A stretch of DNA of 34,387 nucleotides from Desulfobacterales bacterium (GCA_050123865.1 JASFGH010000001.1:1-34387); one strand, 5' to 3'; shown: positions 26,804 through 34,387, counted from the first letter of the stretch. Numbers and translations are program-made. Notes: a model not told the origin generated them from the sequence alone.

Positions 26804-28192
26804 TTATTTCCTGCTTTGTCTTGCCAGAGCATCCACCTTTTTGACATAGGCCTGAATATCACATTTACGCTCCAGCCCGGAGGCTGCCATATACCGGATT
26901 TTGCCGAAAATCGGCCGCTCGAACCAGGCCCGATCGTGAACCCCGAAGACCCAGGCTACACCGGTATAAGAATTGGCGTCGCGGCCGTCCAGAAAATATT
27001 TGTTGTTGATGGCCTGGGTTGTTTTAAAGGCCTGCTCCGGGGATGGAGACCATTCCAGGATTTTTTTACCCCAGTACATGCGCATGTAATTGTGCATAAA
27101 GCCGGTAGCGGTCATCTCGCGCATGGCCGCATTCCAATAATCATCGTGGGTTTGAGCATTTTCCAGCTGCCGGCGGGTGTAAGTGTGCTCGCGCTTGTCT
27201 TTTTTATGCTCGCTCAACGTCTTTTGGGCCCAGTTCGGCAGGCACCGGTATGAATCATAGTTTGGGTTATAGAAAACAAAATTCATGGCCAGCTCACGGC
27301 GCACGATCAATTCCTCTATAAACGCTTCCCGGGCTGCCTTAAAACGTTTGTCGGTGCCTTGCACCTTCAACGCCAGATACAAGGGAGAAATCTGGCCAAA
27401 ATGCAAATATTTGCTCACGTGGGAAACATCATCGGTCTGGGGCTGGTTGCGGTTGTCGACATAGTTTTTAAGCCGATGCCGTAAAAAATCGGCAAAAATC
27501 TTACATACCTGAGCGGTGCCGCCTTTAAAAAATTGGCTGACCGGCGCAATACTTCTATTCAGCGACATTTTCTTTAAAACAGCGTTGATATCGCTCAGAT
27601 CGATTCCTTCGACCCGGAACTGCAGAGAAGATTTTTTTATTTTCGTTGGTTTGAGTTTAATGAGGTAATCTTTGAGATGCTTGTGTATTTTTGGCCGTAT
27701 GGTGCGAGCCGCATATTCGGCTTTGTTTGAAACCACTTCCAAAGGCACCACCACATCACTTTCGACCTGGACCACCCGACAATCGGCGTCTTTGGCGACC
27801 TTTTTGCGCCACTGCTTTTGATGCCGGAGATAACCGCGGTCGCACACAATTAGGGACGCTTTTTGGCCGGTGGCAAGGGCCACATCAGCCGGATCACCTT
27901 TTTGAACGACCATTTTGATGCTGCGCTTGCCCAGTGCCGCCTGGGTTTCCTGAAGCCCTTCCAGCATGAAGGTGTAATGGCGCAAATTGGCTTCCGGATA
28001 ATCATCCATCAGCCCGAAAACCACTAATACGCCCTGCCCCATTTGGTTGGCCTGCTGCACCGCGTATTCCAGGGCATGGTTATATTCGGCCCGCTGGGAT
28101 TGCTGCATCCAATAGAGCACAAAATTACCCCGACGTAGATCAAGATCGTTTAAAAACTGAATCCGCGTATCCTGTATGTCGTTAGATGCCAT
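26804..28192 (-). CDS. phr: Class II CPD deoxyribodipyrimidine photolyase
   Basis: 462 aa. Motifs: FVLYWMQQSQRAEYNHAL, YLHFGQISP, FMHNYMRMYWGKKILEW, DGRDANSYTGVAWVFGVHDRAW. Confidence 0.9.
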   Translation of the reverse strand: MASNDIQDTRIQFLNDLDLRRGNFVLYWMQQSQRAEYNHALEYAVQQANQMGQGVLVVFGLMDDYPEANLRHYTFMLEGLQETQAALGKRSIKMVVQKGDPADVALATGQKASLIVCDRGYLRHQKQWRKKVAKDADCRVVQVESDVVVPLEVVSNKAEYAARTIRPKIHKHLKDYLIKLKPTKIKKSSLQFRVEGIDLSDINAVLKKMSLNRSIAPVSQFFKGGTAQVCKIFADFLRHRLKNYVDNRNQPQTDDVSHVSKYLHFGQISPLYLALKVQGTDKRFKAAREAFIEELIVRRELAMNFVFYNPNYDSYRCLPNWAQKTLSEHKKDKREHTYTRRQLENAQTHDDYWNAAMREMTATGFMHNYMRMYWGKKILEWSPSPEQAFKTTQAINNKYFLDGRDANSYTGVAWVFGVHDRAWFERPIFGKIRYMAASGLERKCDIQAYVKKVDALARQSRK

Positions 28193-28221
28193 GCGTTCAC
28201 CGATGATTGCCCCGAGTTGGC

Positions 28222-29721
28222 CTATTCTTGGGATGCTGCATCAAGTTTGTTTTGCAGCTCCAACCAGTCGTTGAGCTCCAATATCGTTTGCGATAGTTGA
28301 TAGCGGCCTCCGGCAAACACACCGTAATCTCCCCCGCCGGCCATGGAGGAAGCGAAACGGATGGTATTCGAGTAAAACAGCCAGGTTGTGCTCCATTTTT
28401 TTTCAATGGCTTCGTCATAGGGGTTGTCCTGGCTCTCGGCCAGGCCGAGCTTCCAGACGTCCTGCATGATGCGGGTGGCGGTCAGCGTCTGGGCATTGGT
28501 TTCTTTGATGGTGTTTTCAAAGCGCTGCCAGTGACCGTTAACCCAGGAAGCATCATGGCAATTCAGACAGGCCGCCTGCATGGCCTGCTTGCGAACCGCC
28601 ATTTCCTTTTGATCGATTAAATACTTGGTTGCAAAGCCGCCATTATAATCGGTTGGCAGGGGCAATCCGTCTTTATTGCGGATAATGCTGGTATCGGGTT
28701 CTAGGGGATGTGGGTGGGCATAAATTAATCCCAGAATACGCCACGGCAGCCGATTGTTCATCTGATGGGTTCTTTCAACCACGACCTCTTCATCGGTGTT
28801 GACCAGCAGGCTGATATGACAGGTAGCGCAGGTAGGGGCCGTAAAATCTTTGCCGATGGTCCAGGGCACGGCTTTAAAATCCCAGGTGGCATGTTTGCTT
28901 GAAAAAATGTTGCCATGTTTGCTGGCGGCATAGACCTTGTATGCCGGCACATCGGGCCCCACATGGCATTCCTTGCAGGTATAGGGTTTGCGTGCCACTT
29001 CAATGGAGAAGGTATGACGGGTATGGCAGGCTGAGCATGATCCCATGCTGCCGTCCAGATTAATGCGCCCCACCCCCTGATTGGGCCAGCCTTTGATAAT
29101 CGGTAATTCCAACTCGCCAGCAGCCTCGGTATCGCGGGTTTCATAGCCGGCCAGGGCCAGTTTTGTACCATGGCAGTAAAGGCACGCCTCTGCCCGTGTG
29201 GCATCATTGGCAGGCGTCCGCGTTATTTTGCCGTTCTTGTATTTCGTCTCTGCCAGAATGGCATGCTCATGTTTTTGATGCAGTTTATTGTTAGCCAGAT
29301 TTCCGTAGGCATGGGCCATAATATTTTTGGCGTATTGCTTTCTTTCGGTTGCATGACAGGTCTTGCAGTCGTCGGGGCTGACGACTACATGAACCTCATA
29401 GCCGTTGTGCTCAAATGTATCGGCGTGCGCCTTAGGTCTGAGGGTGTGGCACTCGGCACATCCCACCACAACATTTTGCAGGTTTTCAGGAACCGTCTGG
29501 CTGGATACTTTACGGGCAACCCCTTCCACCGTCATTGCATTTTGGGGGGTGATCAGCGCGTGGCGGCTTTTTTGCCAACCACTGACAATACCCGGATGAA
29601 TCGATGCGTGGCAGTCGATGCATTCGGCACTGGCTTCGCTGAGCGGTATATCATCCGCCAGAACGATATTATGGATCAGCAGGCACATGCAGACAGTCAA
29701 AATGAGCAAAAACGATTTCAT
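28222..29721 (-). CDS. Periplasmic octahaem c-type cytochrome of the hydroxylamine-oxidoreductase (HAO) family
   Basis: Sec signal MKSFLLILTVCMCLLIHNIVLA. Eight CxxCH motifs: CIDCH, CAECH, CKTCH, CLYCH, CSACH, CKECH, CATCH, CLNCH. HAO-like core GWPNQGVGRINLDGSMGSCSACHTRHTFS...CKECHVGPD...YAASKHG. Strong SD AAGGAG 7 nt upstream. Confidence 0.8.
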   Translation of the reverse strand: MKSFLLILTVCMCLLIHNIVLADDIPLSEASAECIDCHASIHPGIVSGWQKSRHALITPQNAMTVEGVARKVSSQTVPENLQNVVVGCAECHTLRPKAHADTFEHNGYEVHVVVSPDDCKTCHATERKQYAKNIMAHAYGNLANNKLHQKHEHAILAETKYKNGKITRTPANDATRAEACLYCHGTKLALAGYETRDTEAAGELELPIIKGWPNQGVGRINLDGSMGSCSACHTRHTFSIEVARKPYTCKECHVGPDVPAYKVYAASKHGNIFSSKHATWDFKAVPWTIGKDFTAPTCATCHISLLVNTDEEVVVERTHQMNNRLPWRILGLIYAHPHPLEPDTSIIRNKDGLPLPTDYNGGFATKYLIDQKEMAVRKQAMQAACLNCHDASWVNGHWQRFENTIKETNAQTLTATRIMQDVWKLGLAESQDNPYDEAIEKKWSTTWLFYSNTIRFASSMAGGGDYGVFAGGRYQLSQTILELNDWLELQNKLDAASQE

Positions 29722-29762
29722 ATAACGCTCCTTATGAATGTATCAGAAAGGTTTCATGGGGG

Positions 29763-30227
29763 TTAGCGGCGGTTTTCAAAAATAGTCTCAAGTGCTGTTT
29801 GCCGGTAATCAAATATGTCGTTCAGCTTGGAGCGTATTACCATATTGTGCAGGATTTGTCCAAGCCATCCATATTTTATAGCATAATGAACTGTGTCAAG
29901 CATCTCGATACCTGTTGTGGTTTCGATAAATCGGTGCTGATGGTACCAGAAACGATACGGACCAACGCGCATTTCATCGACGAAAAAATAAGGTTCGTTA
30001 ACATGGGTAATTTCGGTGATCCAAGTGGTGGGTAATTGAAAAAAGGGTCTGAGTCGGTAGCTGATGATCATTCCGGGGTACATTTTGCCGGGAATGGTAT
30101 CGGTTATCCTAAAATCAAGCCAAACCGGGGTGAGCTGCTGAAGATTATGGGGATCGGAAAAGAATGCCCACGCCGTTTCAAGGGATATAGGCAATAATTG
30201 ACGGAGTTCAAGCCGATAAAGTTTCAT
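29763..30227 (-). CDS. SRPBCC (START/polyketide-cyclase-like) ligand-binding protein, COG4276 type
   Basis: The preferred start is ATG 30227 (MKLYRLELRQLLPISLETAWAFFSDPHNL...). The longer track ORF would overlap the upstream gene end. Motif FVDEMRVGPYRFWYHQHRF. Confidence 0.7.
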   Translation of the reverse strand: MKLYRLELRQLLPISLETAWAFFSDPHNLQQLTPVWLDFRITDTIPGKMYPGMIISYRLRPFFQLPTTWITEITHVNEPYFFVDEMRVGPYRFWYHQHRFIETTTGIEMLDTVHYAIKYGWLGQILHNMVIRSKLNDIFDYRQTALETIFENRR

Positions 30228-30300
30228 ACAATTCAAAAAAGTGATTAAGTTACCCGAAATGCCGTGCTGGCATCCACCTGCCAGGTCATAGATGTTAGGA

Positions 30301-31839
30301 TCATATTTGTCTTGTTGGCAACGTGCAACTGTCATGCAGCTTGGGCGTGAATCGTGTTGGTCCCTGCTCAAGGGCTTTGCCGGACAATTTGGCTATGGAT
30401 TTAAGCATGCCGGCAAAAACCCATTGATGAAACGGATAAAACGCATACCAGTAAATAAAGCCACTCAGCCCTCTGGGCATAAATCGTGAAATCAGCTCCA
30501 GCTCGGATCGCTCCTCATCCATGGCGTTGATTTGAAATTCCAGGATGGCATCGCCGGGTGCTTTCATTTCAGAAAGCAACACCAGCCGCTGGGGGGGCTC
30601 CATAGCAAGAACCCGCCAGAAATCAACTGCTTCACCCACTTTTCGCCCTGCCCGGTTTGAACTTCCGCGGCCGAGACCCGGGCCACCTGCCAGCCGATCG
30701 ATCCAGCCACGCAGTCGCCAGAGCGTATCACCAAAATAATAGCCTCGATGGCCGCCGATTCTATGAATCAGATCCCAGAGTACTTCGACAGAGGCATTCA
30801 ATTTAGCGCGGTAGCCGCATTTTAAAATTGTGCCGCCCGCCCAGTCCGCATCACCGCAATGGGCCCATTCGGGCTCTATCAGCTCACCGGCATCCGCCCA
30901 GCAACTGTCCACCTGCTGTTGTTTGACCCGCTCCAGCGCCAATCGAATGGCTTCGCGGCAGCTTAACAGCTTCTGAGGAATGATCGTCTGAATGCGATTT
31001 TCAGTGCACACTGCCGCACTGGTCAAGCCTTCGGTCAACGGAAGAGCAATCGAAGCCGGAACCGGGCTGATCAGGTGAATCCAGTAAGCGCTCAGGGTTG
31101 GTGTAAGAACCGGCACCGGTATAATCAAGCGTTTGCGCAAATTGGCCTCCTCAGCATAGATATCCAGCAGTTTGCGGTAGGTTAGGACATCCGGCCCGCC
31201 GATGTCATACGTTTGCCCGATAGTTTCATCGTGCGCCAGACACTCCACCAAATAGTGAACCACATTGCGGATGGCAATGGGTTGGTTGAGCGAAAACACC
31301 CAGCGTGGTGTGGTCATCACCGGCAGATGCTCGACCAGATAGCGCAAAATCTCAAAAGAAGCGCTGCCGGATCCTAAAATCATCGGCGCCCGCAAATCCG
31401 TGGTGGGCACCGGCCCTGCCTGGAGGATATCAGCCACCTCGATACGGGATTGTAAATGTTTGCTGAGTGTGGTGTCTTGCGCTTCGGCCAGGCCGCCCAA
31501 GTATATGATTCTTTCCAAGCCTTCTGATGCGGCAGCGTCGACCATGTTGCGAGCGGCCGCACGATCAGCTTCAGCAAATTTGTCCTTCTGGGCAATCATG
31601 GAGTGCACCAGGTAATAGGCTGCCCGGCAGCCTGTGGCTGTTTTTTTCAGGGAGGCCTTGTCCAGTACATCACCCTGAACCAGTTCAATCTGTTCGTGCT
31701 GTGCCCAGGGACGGCAGGCGAGTTTATCTATGGAGCGGCCCATGGCCCTTACGCGATAACCGGCCTCAAACAGCGCCGGAATCAGCCGTCCCCCGACATA
31801 ACCCGTTGCACCGGTCACAAGGATAGGTTGGGAAGTCAT
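30301..31839 (-). CDS. NAD(P)H-binding NmrA/atypical-SDR domain fused to DUF2867
   Basis: ATG at 31839 (TTG 31854 in the track). Rossmann motif ILVTGATGYVGGRLIPAL. The C-terminal ~170 aa (RGYYFGDTLWRLRGWIDRLAGGPGLGRG...) is DUF2867-like. Confidence 0.75.
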   Translation of the reverse strand: MTSQPILVTGATGYVGGRLIPALFEAGYRVRAMGRSIDKLACRPWAQHEQIELVQGDVLDKASLKKTATGCRAAYYLVHSMIAQKDKFAEADRAAARNMVDAAASEGLERIIYLGGLAEAQDTTLSKHLQSRIEVADILQAGPVPTTDLRAPMILGSGSASFEILRYLVEHLPVMTTPRWVFSLNQPIAIRNVVHYLVECLAHDETIGQTYDIGGPDVLTYRKLLDIYAEEANLRKRLIIPVPVLTPTLSAYWIHLISPVPASIALPLTEGLTSAAVCTENRIQTIIPQKLLSCREAIRLALERVKQQQVDSCWADAGELIEPEWAHCGDADWAGGTILKCGYRAKLNASVEVLWDLIHRIGGHRGYYFGDTLWRLRGWIDRLAGGPGLGRGSSNRAGRKVGEAVDFWRVLAMEPPQRLVLLSEMKAPGDAILEFQINAMDEERSELELISRFMPRGLSGFIYWYAFYPFHQWVFAGMLKSIAKLSGKALEQGPTRFTPKLHDSCTLPTRQI

Positions 31840-31909
31840 CTTTCGGCCTTTCAATTATTAAATTGGTAAAATTTAGCTTGCATGGGTTTTAAAATGTCAG
31901 AATTTGCCC

Positions 31910-31936
31910 GAGGGCCCCGCCAGCAGGCGGGACCTC
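31910..31936. other. GC-rich stem-loop in intergenic spacer
   Basis: gagggc-cccgcc-agca-ggcggg-a-cctc: a 6-bp G/C stem with a 4-nt loop, extended by 4 bp after a small internal loop. No U-tract follows on either strand. Confidence 0.5.
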
Positions 31937-31959
31937 ACATCTGGTCTAAATTATGGCTG

Positions 31960-32040
31960 TGTTCAGCAAGGCGCCGATTCAATTTAAAAGCGGAGCGTAC
32001 ACGGTAGTACGTGAGCATTTTGAATTGATTCGCAATGCAG
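31960..32040 (+). repeat. Copy B of the same element: orphan relic of an OmpA-type gene 3' end (RRFNLKAERTR-TAG) with nested hairpin
   Basis: See copy A. The plus-strand frame 31972-32007 ends CGG-TAG exactly as the intact gene does. Outer stem ttcaatttaaaa (31978-31989) / ttttgaattga (32018-32028); inner stem cgtac/gtacg (31996-32000 / 32007-32011). Confidence 0.8.
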
Positions 32041-32074
32041 CCATCGGGTAAAAGATGGTCGGTTTAAAACCCAT

Positions 32075-33025
32075 TCAGACGTGGGTTCTAAGCTTTAACT
32101 CCACCGGATGCGGATTCAAATATGTTTGCAATTTTAGATATTGCTGATCGTATTTGCGCACAAAATGATTAATCAATGTAATCGGTACAACCAGCGGCAC
32201 AAATTCCTGGTGGTACTGCTCAAATAATTCAAGCAGCTCCTGCTTTTCATCGCGGGAGAGCTGTTTTTTGAAATATCCCATCAAATGCTGCAGCACATTC
32301 ATATTCTTTTTCGGTGTGGTCTTGAGCGCCAGTGCTTCCATTAGCAAGGCCTCATATTGAGCATACAACGCTTCCATCGGCATCTGTTTGCCGGCAGCCA
32401 CCAGTTTGCCCATCAAGCGCGAATGTTTCTGACTGTGTGAGAGAATTAAAAGCTTGTTGCGGGTTTGAAAATCCACCAGGTTACCCATATTTTTGCCGAT
32501 GGATATGGTCTGCCGCCAGCGTTGCAGAGCAAAGATGCGTTCGATGAAATTTTCTCTGATCTTGGGATCATGCAGTCGCCCATCATCTTCGGCGGGGATC
32601 AGCGGAAAATGGGCCATAAATTCTCTGGCAAACATGCCCACCCCTTTTTTAACCGGCATTCCTTTTTCGGTATAGACCTTTACCCGGATCATGCCGCTGC
32701 TCGGCGAGTCACTTTTAAAGATGAAACCATGCAGATCTTCTTTTTCCAGTTCTTCGACCCGTCTGCGGGCCCATTTGAGCATTTGATTGGTTTTATCCGT
32801 TTTGGTCTTAAAGGTGATCAGGCGCGGATTATCCGGATCGCCCACCAGACGCATCGATTCCCGGGGAACGCCAAAACCGGCTTCGACTTCCGGGCAGACC
32901 GGAACATAATCCACAAATTGGCCCAGCGTGCGGGTCAGGTAGCGGTCCATTTTGTGACCGCTATTCCAGCGAACCGCATTGCCCAGCAGACAGGAGCTGA
33001 TACCTAGCCGAACGCGTTCATTCAT
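32075..33025 (-). CDS. DUF523-DUF1722 fusion protein (YbbK/YbgA-like; DUF1722 is the photolyase-linked YbgA domain)
   Basis: 316 aa. N-terminal LGISSCLLGNAVRWNSGHK...VPVCPEVEAGFGVPRE (DUF523); C-terminal helical half LLILSHSQKHSRLMGKLVA... (DUF1722). Confidence 0.75.
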   Translation of the reverse strand: MNERVRLGISSCLLGNAVRWNSGHKMDRYLTRTLGQFVDYVPVCPEVEAGFGVPRESMRLVGDPDNPRLITFKTKTDKTNQMLKWARRRVEELEKEDLHGFIFKSDSPSSGMIRVKVYTEKGMPVKKGVGMFAREFMAHFPLIPAEDDGRLHDPKIRENFIERIFALQRWRQTISIGKNMGNLVDFQTRNKLLILSHSQKHSRLMGKLVAAGKQMPMEALYAQYEALLMEALALKTTPKKNMNVLQHLMGYFKKQLSRDEKQELLELFEQYHQEFVPLVVPITLINHFVRKYDQQYLKLQTYLNPHPVELKLRTHV

Positions 33026-33150
33026 TGTGTGCCTCCATGATTTTTTATAGGGGTCGAATGGTTTTTAAAATTTTACATTTTCTTAGTACAGTAGATATGA
33101 TACCCAATAATATCAAGAAATAACCAGCACTGAATTTAGAGGACGAGTCT

Positions 33151-33576
33151 ATGCTCACTGAGATGAAAGCCCTTGCCAAACAGAAAAATATGTGTGTGTT
33201 GGCCACTGTTGCCGGCCAAAAACCATACTGTTCTCTGATGGCCTATGTCACCGATGACAATTGCGAAAAAATATACATGGTCACTCACAAAAACAGCACC
33301 AAGTATAAAAACCTGCTGCAAAATCCGGCAGTCAGCCTGCTGATCGATACCCGTGAAAAATCTCTCCGCTCCGAGGCCAAAGCGCTGACGGTGGAGGGTG
33401 TCTTCTGTAAAATTGAAAAGGCGGAGAAACGCAGACAAGTGGCCGCCAAACTACTGCAGGCGCACCCCCACCTGGAAACCTTTATGCAGCATCCCGAGGC
33501 TGATGTTTTTTGCATCAAGATCAGCTCTTTTCTTTTGCTTGACGGGGTACAGAATGCCCATTTCGAAACCGTCTGA
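33151..33576 (+). CDS. Pyridoxamine-5'-phosphate-oxidase-like FMN-binding split-barrel protein
   Basis: 141 aa. MCVLATVAGQKPYCSLMAYV...IYMVTHKNSTKYKNLLQNPAVSLLID is typical of the PNPOx-like/general-stress-26 family. Confidence 0.7.
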   Translation: MLTEMKALAKQKNMCVLATVAGQKPYCSLMAYVTDDNCEKIYMVTHKNSTKYKNLLQNPAVSLLIDTREKSLRSEAKALTVEGVFCKIEKAEKRRQVAAKLLQAHPHLETFMQHPEADVFCIKISSFLLLDGVQNAHFETV

Positions 33577-33583
33577 AATGACC

Positions 33584-34387
33584 TTACAGCTCTGAGGAGC
33601 CGATGGTGACAATTCCCAGATAACCATCAACGGTGACTTCATCGCCATTTTGGATAAGAGCTGTGGCATCAGGGATGCCGGTTACGCAAGGCAAACCATA
33701 CTCTCTGGCAATGATGGCACCGTGAATGAGCATACCGCCCCGGCGTTCCACAACACCGGCTGCCAGCGGCACCACAAAGGTCATATTCGGATCCACAGCA
33801 TCACAAATCAAAATTTCACCATATTTAAATTCGGCCAGATCGGCTGTTTGCTGGATTACCCGGGCGGGCCCTTTGGCCAGACCCGGTCCGGCGGGCTGGC
33901 CGATCAGCTGCCGCGCCTGTATGATAAAACCGTCTTTGGGTTTTTGCTTGTAAGGCGGCTGAAATTGCGGCTGGTGATCCAGGCTTTCAACCACGTTAAG
34001 CAGTTCAGCGGCAATGCTTTTGTTCAACCCGCCATGAAGGTGCTCATCAATCCTCTGTCTGGCCTCGCGCATAGCCGCCAGCAGCTGGGCCTCTATTCTG
34101 CCCAGGTAAATATTGTCATCATCGCGCAACTGGTAGCTGCTGCGGGCAAGATCCAATAGCTCAACAGCCGTTTTTTTCTGTTCACCTTCAAATGAATTCA
34201 GAAATTTTTCTTGCAGGGTATTCTTATTTTTTAACGGTTGCCGATCGGCTGCGGCAGGCAGATGCGTCGCCATCTCAAGCAAAATCTTGTAAAGGGCATC
34301 CGGCACCTGTTCACACTGGGTGCCGCCTGTCACCGCACAGGTCAGATCACCAAATTTTTCAACAAACCGATTCACCGCCGCGACAAA
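33584..34387 (-). CDS. PEP-utilising enzyme (PpsA/rifampin-phosphotransferase-like), C-terminal mobile phosphohistidine domain; 5' end outside the window
   Basis: The frame stays open to the window edge. The C-terminal swivel domain reads GPARVI...GEILICDAVDPNMTFVVPLAAGVVERRGGMLIHGAIIAREYGLPCVTGI. Confidence 0.8.
   Translation of the reverse strand, partial: FVAAVNRFVEKFGDLTCAVTGGTQCEQVPDALYKILLEMATHLPAAADRQPLKNKNTLQEKFLNSFEGEQKKTAVELLDLARSSYQLRDDDNIYLGRIEAQLLAAMREARQRIDEHLHGGLNKSIAAELLNVVESLDHQPQFQPPYKQKPKDGFIIQARQLIGQPAGPGLAKGPARVIQQTADLAEFKYGEILICDAVDPNMTFVVPLAAGVVERRGGMLIHGAIIAREYGLPCVTGIPDATALIQNGDEVTVDGYLGIVTIGSSEL

Larger units (their letters stand above)
31882..32074. repeat. 193-bp intergenic segment bounded by a perfect 12-bp inverted repeat (ATGGGTTTTAAA / TTTAAAACCCAT)
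   Basis: 31882-31893 is the exact reverse complement of 32063-32074. The segment encloses the OmpA relic and the GC hairpin. No target-site duplication is visible. Confidence 0.4.

Noticed and set aside
31910-31936. GC-rich hairpin as an intrinsic terminator of the YbgA-like gene.
   Set aside because: No U-tract follows the stem on either strand, so it does not meet the canonical rho-independent terminator pattern. It is kept only as an unexplained stem-loop.
1-34387. Search for rRNA, tRNA, CRISPR arrays, transposases, integrases, phage genes, toxin-antitoxin pairs or known defence genes.
   Set aside because: No cloverleaf-like or rRNA-like segment, no regularly spaced direct repeats and no DDE/tyrosine-recombinase-like ORF was recognised. 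The stress island therefore cannot be called a mobile element from this window.

Overview
This is a 34.4-kb, gene-dense stretch of bacterial chromosome with about 37 coding units. I recognised no rRNA, tRNA, CRISPR array, transposase, integrase or phage gene. The protein content (octahaem HAO-like cytochrome, USP, FtsX/AttH transporter) weakly suggests a deltaproteobacterial/Desulfobacterota-type anaerobe, but I cannot verify this. The main theme is a light / singlet-oxygen damage gene set split into three blocks. Block (i), 1423-5709 (+): lipocalin, chalcone-isomerase-like protein, GPH/MFS transporter, DUF1295 and a CFA-synthase-like methyltransferase. Block (ii), 10965-16767 (-): DUF4174, SDR, membrane acyl desaturase, FAD amine-oxidase-like enzyme, DUF1365 and a CFA-synthase-like enzyme. 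This is the methylated/furan fatty-acid type cluster known from the Rhodobacter sigmaE-ChrR regulon. Block (iii), 25422-33025 (-): DUF523/DUF1722 (YbgA-like), NmrA/DUF2867, SRPBCC, an octahaem HAO-family cytochrome c, a class II CPD photolyase and an FeS-BCP/(6-4)-type photolyase. Between the blocks lie a methyltransferase-HD-ABC(FtsX)-AttH operon, a compact three-gene operon with no recognisable domains (16887-18730), and small envelope/stress genes. The most striking sequence-level observation is erosion. Five genes are broken: a sigma factor, an M50 site-2 protease with CBS pair, the desaturase, the SDR and the FeS-BCP photolyase. The lesions are mostly clean internal or 5' deletions of roughly 20 to more than 450 nt; only one is a single-base frameshift. 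Catalytic motifs in the broken genes are still intact. In addition, an ~80-nt relic of an OmpA-type gene 3' end sits in an intergenic spacer at 31960-32040. It matches the end of the intact OmpA-family gene at 324 at 41 of 49 positions. All functional calls rest on motif recognition by eye, with no database search.
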